64,000 nucleotides of DNA. Origin: Halarcobacter sp. (GTDB lineage Bacteria > Campylobacterota > Campylobacteria > Campylobacterales > Arcobacteraceae). The notes below the pieces were generated by a model. That model had not been told where the DNA came from and searched no databases. It was given only the letters and a program-made list of their open reading frames with translations. A program made the translations under genes and the position numbers. The first letter of the stretch is position 1, and each line of letters starts with the position of its first letter. Of the stretch, positions 33,418-46,429 are shown piece after piece. The DNA lies in contig CP182352.1 in NCBI GenBank assembly GCA_048571215.1, forward strand, positions 480,001 through 544,000, written 5' to 3'.

Positions 33418-34121
33418 AAACATTAATTGTAGACGATGAAAAGATAGCCCTTGCTAGATTAAAGAGACTTTTAAATGAGCAAGGTGTTACAAATATAGTT
33501 GAGTGTGACAAGCCTTTAGAAGCTATAAAGGAGGCAACAAAAACAAAATTTGATGTGGCTTTTTTTGATATTTCTATGCCAAATATTAGCGGTTTAGAGT
33601 TGGCAAGTACCATTTTAGAGTTGAATCCAAATATCTTTATAATATTTCAAACTGCCCATGAAGAGTATGCTTTAGAGGCTTTCAAAAGTGGTGGAATGGA
33701 TTATTTGTTAAAGCCAATATCAAAAGAGAGCATACAAAATGCCTTAGAGAAAATAAAAAAATATATAAAAACAGATCAAGGCTCAAAAAAGATTTTAGCG
33801 AAAAGGGGGAATAAGCTTTTTTTAATAGATATTGATGATATATATTATATTAAAGCTGATTTGGATGAGATAATTATTAGGATAAAACAAACAGATGCCT
33901 ATGTAAGAAAAAAAATAGGTGATATGGAAAATCTTTTATCTTCAAAAAATTTTTTTAGAATTCATCGTTCTTGTATAATAAATGTTGACAAGATAAAATC
34001 AATGCAAAGTGTTGAACAATCAAAATTAGAAATATCTTTTGAAAATATTGATGATGTTGTTACAAGTTCAAAAGATGGTGCAAAAGAGTTTAGAGAGTAT
34101 TTAGAAAAAAGAAGTCTTTGA
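33414..34121 (+). CDS. LytR/AlgR-family response regulator (REC + LytTR)
   Basis: IVDDE, DISMP, TAHEEYA, YLLKP, FFRIHRSCIIN. Confidence 0.93.
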   Translation: MKTLIVDDEKIALARLKRLLNEQGVTNIVECDKPLEAIKEATKTKFDVAFFDISMPNISGLELASTILELNPNIFIIFQTAHEEYALEAFKSGGMDYLLKPISKESIQNALEKIKKYIKTDQGSKKILAKRGNKLFLIDIDDIYYIKADLDEIIIRIKQTDAYVRKKIGDMENLLSSKNFFRIHRSCIINVDKIKSMQSVEQSKLEISFENIDDVVTSSKDGAKEFREYLEKRSL

Positions 34122-34194
34122 TGAACTTACATTAAATTCATACAAAAGAGTATAAAATCAATTATAATTAGAAAAAATACTCAAGGAGTATCTT

Positions 34195-35049
34195 ATGAAA
34201 ACAATTGCAGTTACAGGTTCAACAGGTTTTGTTGGTACAAATATTAAAGAAAAGTTTACAAAAGAAGGTTTCAATTTTATTGGAATTAGAAGAGATGATT
34301 TAAAGGATATTGAGAAACTAACATCTATTATAAATAAAAGTGATATTGTTATAAATTTAGCTGGAGCAAATATTATAAATAGATGGACTGAAAGCTATAA
34401 AAAACTTCTTTATAGTAGTAGGCTAGATACTACGAAAGCTTTAATAGAAGCTATAAAAAAAGCAGAAAATAAACCTAAACTACTTATCTCTACATCAGCT
34501 GTAGGAATTTATAAAAATAGTTCTTGTTATGATGAAGAGAATTTTGAATATAGTGATGATTTTTTAGCAAACCTTTGTAAAGATTGGGAAAATGAGGCCT
34601 TAAAAGCAAAAGATTTAGGTATTAGAACAGCTATTTTTAGATTTGGTATAATACTTGGAGACGGGGGAGCTTTACAGAAGATGTTATTACCTTTTAAATT
34701 AGGTTTAGGGGGAACTATTGGTGATGGGAAACAATATTTTTCATATATACATATAAAAGATTTACTTGAAGCATATAAATTTTTAATTGAAAATGAGAGT
34801 TTAGAAGGAATCTTTAATTTAACAGCACCCCAAGCAACTACAAATCTAGGATTAACAAAAGCATTGGGAAAAAGTTTAAATAGACCAACTATTTTACCTG
34901 TTCCACAGTTTGCATTAAATTTAATCTTTAGTGAAGGAGCAAAGGTTTTAACAGATGGGCAATGTGTAAAACCTAAAAGCTTACTTGATAATGGTTTTAA
35001 ATTTAAATATAAAACTATAGAGGAAACAATAGACAATTTAGTAAAATAA
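34195..35049 (+). CDS. TIGR01777/YfcH-family NAD-dependent epimerase-like oxidoreductase
   Basis: TGSTGFVG, INLAGA.I..RWT, FLANLCKDWE, LGLGGTIGDGKQ, FNLTAP. Confidence 0.92.
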   Translation: MKTIAVTGSTGFVGTNIKEKFTKEGFNFIGIRRDDLKDIEKLTSIINKSDIVINLAGANIINRWTESYKKLLYSSRLDTTKALIEAIKKAENKPKLLISTSAVGIYKNSSCYDEENFEYSDDFLANLCKDWENEALKAKDLGIRTAIFRFGIILGDGGALQKMLLPFKLGLGGTIGDGKQYFSYIHIKDLLEAYKFLIENESLEGIFNLTAPQATTNLGLTKALGKSLNRPTILPVPQFALNLIFSEGAKVLTDGQCVKPKSLLDNGFKFKYKTIEETIDNLVK

Positions 35050-35175
35050 AATAATAAAGTTTACAAAACGGTTACCAAAATAACTCAAATAGTGTTTTTT
35101 TGCTTGATTGGAGTAATTAGCGCTTAAGTTTCAATTTAGTACAATCTAGTAAAAATTTTTATAAGGGAACTGATT

Positions 35176-35733
35176 ATGAAAAAATTGGGTATATACACAT
35201 TTTTAGTTGCAGCGGTTTTATTCACTGGTTGTAGTCAAAAAGAGGTTGAAGTTTCTGGACCTACAACTCCAGAGAAAAAAAATTCTGAAACAGCATTAAA
35301 TACAATTGATAGCACTAGCGTTCAAAACGAAGTTGTTAATGATTCACTTGTTGAAAGTGCTGATAATGGTTACTATTACATGATTGATGGTAAAAAAGTT
35401 TTAATTGAAAATATTTATTTTGGATTTGATAAATATAATCTAACTCAAGATATGCAATCAGTTGCGAAATCAAATGCTTCAAAACTTTCAGGTCTTCAAG
35501 CAGGAACTACAATTACTGTTGAAGGTAATTGTGATGAGTGGGGTACAGATGAGTACAACTATGCTTTAGGTTTAAAAAGAGCAAAAGTAGTTAAAGATAA
35601 TCTTGTAATGGATGGAATCACAGAATCAGCAGTTAAAATTGTTAGTTTTGGTGAGAGTAACCCAGTATGTTCAGAAAAAAATAGTGCTTGTTGGCAAAAA
35701 AACAGAAGAGCTGAACACAAATTAGTTAAATAA
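35176..35733 (+). CDS. pal: Peptidoglycan-associated lipoprotein Pal (OmpA-like)
   Basis: Lipobox FTGC, IYFGFDK, EGNCDEWGTDEYNYALG, NRRAE. Confidence 0.95.
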   Translation: MKKLGIYTFLVAAVLFTGCSQKEVEVSGPTTPEKKNSETALNTIDSTSVQNEVVNDSLVESADNGYYYMIDGKKVLIENIYFGFDKYNLTQDMQSVAKSNASKLSGLQAGTTITVEGNCDEWGTDEYNYALGLKRAKVVKDNLVMDGITESAVKIVSFGESNPVCSEKNSACWQKNRRAEHKLVK

Positions 35734-35736
35734 TAT

Positions 35737-36726
35737 ATGATAAAACATAGACTTGCTATTTTATTAATTGCTAGTGCCCTAACTGGAACAGCGGAAGAGG
35801 TTTCAGTTTTTGGTGCTGGTAATTTAGATTCAAAAAATCCATATGGTTTAAATAATTCTGAAAAAAATATTCTAAAAAATAAGAAAATATTAGGAAATAT
35901 TGACTCCAAAGTAAAAGATGTAAAACTTACAATTGGATCGTTAAGTGAAAGAATAGATGGATTAGAATCAATTTATGAGGGAGATTCTCAAAAATTGAAT
36001 CAATCTGTATTAAAACTAAATCAACTAATTAAAAATGTGGAAGAGAATACAACTTTAACACAAAAGCACTCAACAGATATAGAAAATTTGAAAAATGTAA
36101 GCTCTCAGATACTTGCAATGCAAGAAGAGTTTATAGCCGAAAATAAAAAAAATATTGATAGTTTAAAAAGTGCTATAAAAGAATTAAATAATACAACAAA
36201 AAAAATAAACTCTTCATATATTTCAGATAAAGAGTTTAAAAATAACATGGAACAATTTATCACACGAGCTGAATTTGAAGCACTAAAAAAATCTTTAGGT
36301 GTGAAAACTAGTAGTAAAACTACAAGTAAAACTAAAAATAATAAGCTATCATCGTTTAAAGATAAGAAAGCGATGATGGACGAAGCGATAAGATTATTTA
36401 AAAAGGATTATTTTACAAAAGCTATTCCTATGTTCGAAGAATTGGTAGCTGCAAATTATAAACCTGCAACAAATAATTATTATCTAGGTGAAATGTGGTA
36501 TTATAGAAAAAAATATGCTGATGCTATAAGTTATTTTAAAACTTCAGCAATGCTTTATGATAAAGCTCCATATATGCCTAAATTGCTACTTCATAGTGCA
36601 ATTTCATTTGAAAAGACAAAAGATTTTGCAAATGCAGCAAATTTTTATTCCTCTTTAATAGATATTTATCCAAATTCAAAAGAGGCTAAAACAGCTGTAA
36701 AAAACTTATCAAAAATAAAAAAATAA
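35737..36726 (+). CDS. Tol-Pal associated coiled-coil/TPR protein (YbgF/CpoB-like)
   Basis: Signal peptide, SVFGAG, coiled coil, C-terminal TPRs ending YPNSKEA; follows pal. Confidence 0.82.
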   Translation: MIKHRLAILLIASALTGTAEEVSVFGAGNLDSKNPYGLNNSEKNILKNKKILGNIDSKVKDVKLTIGSLSERIDGLESIYEGDSQKLNQSVLKLNQLIKNVEENTTLTQKHSTDIENLKNVSSQILAMQEEFIAENKKNIDSLKSAIKELNNTTKKINSSYISDKEFKNNMEQFITRAEFEALKKSLGVKTSSKTTSKTKNNKLSSFKDKKAMMDEAIRLFKKDYFTKAIPMFEELVAANYKPATNNYYLGEMWYYRKKYADAISYFKTSAMLYDKAPYMPKLLLHSAISFEKTKDFANAANFYSSLIDIYPNSKEAKTAVKNLSKIKK

Positions 36727-36744
36727 ATAATTAAAAGGAAAATT

Positions 36745-37323
36745 ATGTCAAAAGTAATTGGTATAGAATATAGTTTAAAAGATGCTAAAACAGGTGAACA
36801 ATTAGATTCAAATGTAGGTGGAGCACCATTAGAATTTGTTTCAGGAAAAGGTCAAATTATTCCAGGACTAGAGTCTAAGTTAATTGAGATGCAAGAGAAT
36901 GAATCTGCAGATGTACTAGTTGAACCAAAAGATGCATATGGTGAATTTAATGAAGAAGCTATGCAAACACTTCCAAAAGAGCAATTTGCGGGAATTGAAC
37001 TAGCAGAAGGTATGTCATTATATGGTCAAGGTGAACAAGGTGAAACAGTTCAAGTTACTGTTAAATCATTTACTGATAGTGATGTAACTATTGATTACAA
37101 TCACCCAATGGCTGGAAAAACTTTGATGTTTTCTGTAACTGTACTTTCATTAAGAGATGCAACAGATGAAGAGGTTCAAACAGGAGTAGTTGGTGGAATG
37201 GCAGCTATGGGTGGTGGATGTTGTGGTGGCGGACACGACCATGGTTCTGAAGGTGGATGTTGTTCAAGTGAACCTAAAGAAGAATCACACTCTCATGGTG
37301 GAGGATGTGGTTGTAGCCACTAA
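36745..37323 (+). CDS. slyD: FKBP-type PPIase SlyD with Cys/His-rich tail
   Basis: GQIIPGLE, AYGE, DYNHPMAGKTL, GGCCGGGHDH...GCGCSH tail. Confidence 0.95.
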   Translation: MSKVIGIEYSLKDAKTGEQLDSNVGGAPLEFVSGKGQIIPGLESKLIEMQENESADVLVEPKDAYGEFNEEAMQTLPKEQFAGIELAEGMSLYGQGEQGETVQVTVKSFTDSDVTIDYNHPMAGKTLMFSVTVLSLRDATDEEVQTGVVGGMAAMGGGCCGGGHDHGSEGGCCSSEPKEESHSHGGGCGCSH

Positions 37324-37346
37324 TCTAAAACCTATCTATAGTGTTT

Positions 37347-37386
37347 AAATGCCCGAAAGCTTAGGCTTTTGGGCATTTTATTTTTT
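37347..37386 (+). terminator. Rho-independent terminator after slyD
   Basis: AAATGCCCGAAAGC-TTAG-GCTTTTGGGCATTT followed by a T tract. Confidence 0.85.
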
Positions 37387-37442
37387 AGACTATATAAAAA
37401 GAGTATAATACTGCTCGAAAATTAAAATTAAGGTGAATAAAT

Positions 37443-38372
37443 ATGAAAAAAGTAGCTTTTATTTTTCCTGGTCAAGGAAGCCAATCTGTTGGAATGGGAA
37501 AAGATTTTTTTGAAAATAGTACTATTGCAAAAGAGATGATTAGCGAAGCTAGTAAAAGACTTAATATAAATTTTGAAAAATTACTTTTTGAAGAGAATGA
37601 TGATTTAAGTAAAACAGAATTTACACAACCAGCAATTTTACTTGTAAGTTCAATTGCAAATGCGATTTTTAAAGATAAATGTGATATCCAACCTGAGTTT
37701 GTTTTAGGACACTCTTTAGGAGAATTTTCTGCATTGGTAGCAGCAGGAGGTTTAGATTATTTAGATGGTATTGAGCTTGTTAATAAAAGAGGTCAATTTA
37801 TGAATGAGGCTTGTGCAGGTGGTGGTGCAGGTATGATGGCATTAGTTGGTTTAGATGATGAAACAGTTGAAAAGATTTGTGCTGAACAAAGAGCTGCAGG
37901 GAAACAAGTTTGGCCAGCAAACTATAATATGGATGGTCAATTAGTACTTGCAGGAATAAAAGCAGATCTTGAAAGCTTAGTTGATACATTTAAAGAAGCA
38001 GGAGCAAAAAGAGCAATTGTTTTGGATATGAGTGTAGCAAGTCATTGTGAACTTCTTACAAGTGCAGTTGAAAATTTAAAGCCATATTTAGAAGAATACT
38101 TAAAAGATGAATTTTCACCAATTATTTCAAATGTAACAGCGGAATCTTATACAACAAAAGATGAAGCAATAGAGTTATTATCTTCACAATTAACAAGCCC
38201 AGTTAAATATAAGCAATCGATTGCTGCAAATGCTGATAAAGTTGATTTATTTATAGAGTTTGGAAATGGTATTGTATTAAAAGGTTTAAATAGAAAAATT
38301 TGTAAAGGTACTCCCACTATTAATGTAAGTGATATGGCATCATTAGAGAAAGTATTAGAGGAATTAAACTAA
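37443..38372 (+). CDS. fabD: Malonyl CoA-ACP transacylase
   Basis: FPGQGSQ, TQPA, GHSLGE, SVASH. Confidence 0.97.
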   Translation: MKKVAFIFPGQGSQSVGMGKDFFENSTIAKEMISEASKRLNINFEKLLFEENDDLSKTEFTQPAILLVSSIANAIFKDKCDIQPEFVLGHSLGEFSALVAAGGLDYLDGIELVNKRGQFMNEACAGGGAGMMALVGLDDETVEKICAEQRAAGKQVWPANYNMDGQLVLAGIKADLESLVDTFKEAGAKRAIVLDMSVASHCELLTSAVENLKPYLEEYLKDEFSPIISNVTAESYTTKDEAIELLSSQLTSPVKYKQSIAANADKVDLFIEFGNGIVLKGLNRKICKGTPTINVSDMASLEKVLEELN

Positions 38373-38373
38373 T

Positions 38374-39069
38374 ATGAAAAAATTAGCAATAATGGGAGCT
38401 ATGCAAGAAGAGATTGAACCTTTATTAGCTCACTTTGAAAATGTAAAAGTAACAGAATTTGCAAAAAACAAGTATTATGAAGTTTCATACAATGATTTAG
38501 ATATAGTAATTGCTTATTCAAAAATAGGAAAAGTATTTGCAAGTTTAACAGCATCAACTTTAATAGAAAAGTTTGGGTGTGATACTTTACTTTTTTCTGG
38601 AGTTGCTGGGGGTATAAATAGTGAACTTAAAATTGGTGATTTAATTATTGCTGATAAATTATGCCAACACGACTTAGATATCACTGCATTTGGACATCCT
38701 CATGGATTTGTTCCTGAAGGGGCTGTATTTATTGAAACATCTAAAGAGTTAAGAGATATTGCAAAAGAAGTAGCAAAAGAGAACTCATTAGAAGTAATTG
38801 AAGGAACAATTGCTACAGGAGATCAGTTTGTACACTCTAGTGAAAGAAAAGAGTTTATAGAGTCTACTTTCAAAGCAGATGCACTTGAGATGGAAGGTGC
38901 TAGTGTTGCAGTTGTTTGTGATGCTTTAAATGTACCATTTTTTATTTTAAGAGCAATCTCAGATAGTGCAGATATGGATGCAGGTTTTGATTTTGATGAA
39001 TTTTTAAAATCAAGTGCACAAGTATCAGCTGATTATTTAATCAAAATAGTTCAAAAATTAAATAAATAA
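38374..39069 (+). CDS. mtnN: 5'-methylthioadenosine/S-adenosylhomocysteine nucleosidase
   Basis: GAMQEE, IGKV, SGVAGG, TGDQF, EMEGA, RAISD. Confidence 0.96.
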   Translation: MKKLAIMGAMQEEIEPLLAHFENVKVTEFAKNKYYEVSYNDLDIVIAYSKIGKVFASLTASTLIEKFGCDTLLFSGVAGGINSELKIGDLIIADKLCQHDLDITAFGHPHGFVPEGAVFIETSKELRDIAKEVAKENSLEVIEGTIATGDQFVHSSERKEFIESTFKADALEMEGASVAVVCDALNVPFFILRAISDSADMDAGFDFDEFLKSSAQVSADYLIKIVQKLNK

Positions 39070-39096
39070 TATGATGTATTAACATCATATTATTTT
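39067..39096 (+). terminator. Hairpin after mtnN, probable terminator
   Basis: TAATATGATGT-ATTA-ACATCATATTA followed by TTTT. Confidence 0.55.
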
Positions 39097-39282
39097 ATAA
39101 AACCTCTTTTTATTTTATTTTCCCCTTTTATTAATTTATTCTTCCTTTCTACTTTTTTACTAGATATATTAAAAATAGATAAAATTTCAACTATAAAACA
39201 CCTAAAATATAAGTGTAAAATTACTATTTTATGTTAGAAAACATAAATTTCCAAAATTTAAGCCTATATTAAGAGTAAACCC

Positions 39283-39311
39283 TTGACAAGAGGAAAAAAA
39301 TCTATTATAAT
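39283..39311 (+). promoter_or_regulatory. rRNA operon sigma70 promoter
   Basis: TTGACA (39283-88), 17 bp spacer, TATAAT (39306-11), then C-rich TCCCGTCC. Confidence 0.85.
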
Positions 39312-39373
39312 TCCCGTCCAATTTCAGAGGAACGACATCAAAAGTAAATGATGAGAGAGCCTAGGGGATAGGA

Positions 39374-39386
39374 TGATCTTTAACAA
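39374..39386 (+). promoter_or_regulatory. boxA-like antitermination element in the rrn leader
   Basis: TGATCTTTAACAA compared with E. coli boxA TGCTCTTTAACA. Confidence 0.6.
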
Positions 39387-39597
39387 TAAAAGGTTTGTAA
39401 AGAAGTAATCTTTATAAACCGAATATGATAATAACGAAGAACAAGAAGATATGGTAAAACATATCCTTGTCTATTAAAGTATTCTAAAAGAATTAATTTT
39501 TTTAGAGTACTACTTTAAGCTTTTAACTATGAGAGTAGTTAAAACACATGAGTGATAGTTTTGTAATGTAAATTATAAAAATGTCAGTTTCAAACAC

Positions 39598-41115
<1,518 letters not shown>

Positions 41116-41237
41116 CAGAGAAAAGAAGAGTTATTCGATTAACTCTTCTAAAATATCTATTAAAAATAGATAGAGAAATGAAAAAAGTTATTATTGTGTT
41201 CGGTTTATAAAGATTATTTAAAAAATAGGTGACAAAT

Positions 41238-41314
41238 GGGCCTATAGCTCAGCTGGCTAGAGCGCTCGACTGATAATCGTGAGGTCCCAGGTTCAAGTCC
41301 TGGTAGGCCCACCA
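41238..41314 (+). tRNA. tRNA-Ile(GAT)
   Basis: Cloverleaf GGGCCTA...CT-GAT-AA...TTCAAGT...TAGGCCC-ACCA. Confidence 0.98.
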
Positions 41315-41351
41315 TTATTAAATAATCTGTAAAAGAAAGATTAATAGTTGT

Positions 41352-41427
41352 GGGGATATAGCTCAGCTGGGAGAGCGCCTGCCTTGCACGCAGGAGGTCA
41401 GCGGTTCGATCCCGCTTATCTCCACCA
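41352..41427 (+). tRNA. tRNA-Ala(TGC)
   Basis: GGGGATA...CT-TGC-AC...TTCGATC...TATCTCC-ACCA with G3-U70. Confidence 0.98.
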
Positions 41428-41818
41428 TCTATTATAAATCTGGGTTTAAAATGAAAATTTAAAATTTAAAAATGAAATTTTTTTATCTTTGAATAATCAT
41501 AATGTAAAACTAAATATAAGTCTTAAAGAATTAAGATTTATATTTGGTTTTTTAAAAACCAAAATGCTTTCAGACATTATTCTGAAAATGATATTTAAAA
41601 ATTTAATGTTAAAGTCTTTAATTTTTTCGTTTAATTAAATTTCGTATGAATTTAATTAAAAAATAAAAATTTAATATCAAATTAACTTGAAAGAATTCAA
41701 TTTTTTTAAGATAATAATGATAGACACAACTGTTTTGTTGAATATGTATGTATTCAATAAGATAGTAGCCAAGGAATAATTATTCAAAAAGGTGAAGTAA
41801 TGAAAATTACTTTGTCAA

Positions 41819-44714
<2,896 letters not shown>

Positions 44715-44855
44715 TAATTAATATTTCTTGGTTTACTATCTTATTGAGTACACTCAATAAAGTAAATATTGTGTTTAAAGACTTTTAACATTAACATTTT
44801 AACTCATTCAATGTGAGTACAAAGCAAACTTTTTAAGTTTGTTTGATACTCATAT

Positions 44856-44972
44856 TGCTGGTGGTTATTGCGAGGTGGAAATACCCAGCCCCATTCCGAA
44901 CCTGGAAGTCAAGCACCTCTGCGCTGATAATACTGCAGGGTCCCCTTGTGGAAACGTAAGCCGCTGCCAGCT
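44856..44972 (+). rRNA. rrf: 5S rRNA
   Basis: GCTGGTGG...CCCATTCCGAAC...GCTGCCAGC, ~117 nt. Confidence 0.96.
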
Positions 44973-45029
44973 CTTGAGTATTTTTGTACTAAAAAAGATT
45001 CTTATCTTTTTCTGGAACAAACATTTTAC

Positions 45030-45084
45030 AAGCTTTTAGCTATCTGAACCTTTTTATGTTCTTTTAGCTAGAAGCTTTTTTTTT
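45030..45084 (+). terminator. Terminator after the rRNA operon
   Basis: AAGCTTTTAGCTA...TAGCTAGAAGCTT stem followed by a long T run. Confidence 0.7.
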
Positions 45085-45147
45085 CGCTTTTATTAGTTAT
45101 GTACATATGTAATATTTTAATTATATATAAAATTATTTTTTAATTAT

Positions 45148-45223
45148 GCCCGCATAGCTCCAACGGTAGAGCAATTGCATGGTAAGCAAGAGGTTGCAGG
45201 TTCGATTCCCGCTGTGGGCACCA
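45148..45223 (+). tRNA. tRNA-Thr(GGT), atypical
   Basis: 76-nt cloverleaf GCCCGCA/TGTGGGC-ACCA with anticodon loop AT-GGT-AA and TTCGATT T-loop; several non-canonical positions. Confidence 0.88.
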
Positions 45224-45345
45224 TCTTACGGAACATTGCAATTAAAAATAATCAAATTTGATTATTATGTTCTATACTTAAGTCTACTTTAACTTAAACT
45301 ACAATAAAATTATATTTTACAAAATCAAATTTAGGCAGTACTTAT

Positions 45346-45594
45346 ATGGGAAAATTTTTTATCTCTTTGTTATTTTTGACATTTACACTTGCAACAATAA
45401 TTGGTATTAGCAGATATTATGAAAATAAAGTTGACAATACAAGTACTTTATCACTTGCTCAAATTGAACAGATTATGAAACAAAACCCTAGTGCTTCAGG
45501 GGATAATATTACAGGTCAAGTTAGCGGTTTAGTTAATGATGATACTTCAAGTGAGATAGAAGACAAAGATTCTTTTAAATTTTTAGATAAATAG
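45346..45594 (+). CDS. Small hypothetical protein with N-terminal TM/signal anchor
   Basis: 82-aa ORF with hydrophobic N-terminus and acidic tail; fills an intergenic gap. Confidence 0.65.
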   Translation: MGKFFISLLFLTFTLATIIGISRYYENKVDNTSTLSLAQIEQIMKQNPSASGDNITGQVSGLVNDDTSSEIEDKDSFKFLDK

Positions 45595-45601
45595 TAGGCT
45601 A

Positions 45602-46408
45602 TTAACTCTCTTCATTTACTTTTTTATTTAATTCCTCTTTTATATTTAGTTTATGACACATCTTTATACCATATAGATAAATTACCCAAGATATATATAT
45701 CCAAAAAAATGAAAATAACAGTATCGCTAATGAGCCATATATGGTTGTATATGTCTTATTATATACAACATAGTATATAAATAGGTTTTTTGTTATTGAA
45801 AGGGTTACAAGGGTAAATAAAGAAGATATAGCAGCTGCTTTAAAGTGAACAAACTTATTTACACTCAATTTAAATAATCCATAAAAAATTGCCCAGGCAA
45901 AAATAAATGTTAGAAACCAATTGAATATACTATTATCATAAAAAGATAAGGCTATATTTAAAAGAGCTAACATCAAAGGCAAGGTTATCAAGAAAAATAG
46001 ATAGAAAAAAAACGATTGTAAAAGTGGTTTTCTTTTTGCATTGTGTATTTTATTTATAATATATTCATAATCTTTAAAAAACATGATAAATACAAATAGC
46101 ATATATACTAAACCTATATATCCTAATTTATTTGAATTTGATATATAGTTTTTAAATGTTTGGATAAACTCTTGGGAATGGGTTGGATTTAAAATCTCAA
46201 AAGTATATTTAATAAATATATCTAAATAATCTTGTATAACATCCAAACTAGAAATAATTGAGATTAGAAGAGCAATAATAGGTAAGATTGAGAAGATTGT
46301 AAAAAAACTAAGACTTGCAGCATAATATGTTGTATCATCATTGAAAAATGAATCTAAAGCTTTTAGCAATGTTTTAATTGGATGTTTTACAATCTCTTTT
46401 TCTTCCAC
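45602..46408 (-). CDS. YihY/BrkB-family inner membrane protein
   Basis: AASLSFFTIFSILP, Y..IYGSLA, WIYISWVIYLYG. Confidence 0.9.
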   Translation of the reverse strand: MEEKEIVKHPIKTLLKALDSFFNDDTTYYAASLSFFTIFSILPIIALLISIISSLDVIQDYLDIFIKYTFEILNPTHSQEFIQTFKNYISNSNKLGYIGLVYMLFVFIMFFKDYEYIINKIHNAKRKPLLQSFFFYLFFLITLPLMLALLNIALSFYDNSIFNWFLTFIFAWAIFYGLFKLSVNKFVHFKAAAISSLFTLVTLSITKNLFIYYVVYNKTYTTIYGSLAILLFSFFWIYISWVIYLYGIKMCHKLNIKEELNKKVNEES

Positions 46409-46429
46409 CGAATCCTCTTCTTTGGATTT

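Noticed and set aside
34527..35036. 169-aa antisense ORF and other short shadow ORFs (e.g. 21564-21851, 25317-25643, 35559-35909, 53315-53641)
   Set aside because: They lie opposite or inside well-supported genes, have no recognisable motifs, and have the composition expected from antisense codon bias.
41428..41818. Multiple AT-rich palindromes in the rRNA spacers (also 39440-39545 and 44741-44850)
   Set aside because: Explained by rRNA precursor processing stems and spacer hairpins; no constant repeat-spacer period, so not CRISPR or a MITE array.
45224..45600. tRNA-Thr as an integration site for an island or prophage
   Set aside because: No integrase and no duplicated tRNA 3' end noticed; core genes resume within about 400 bp.
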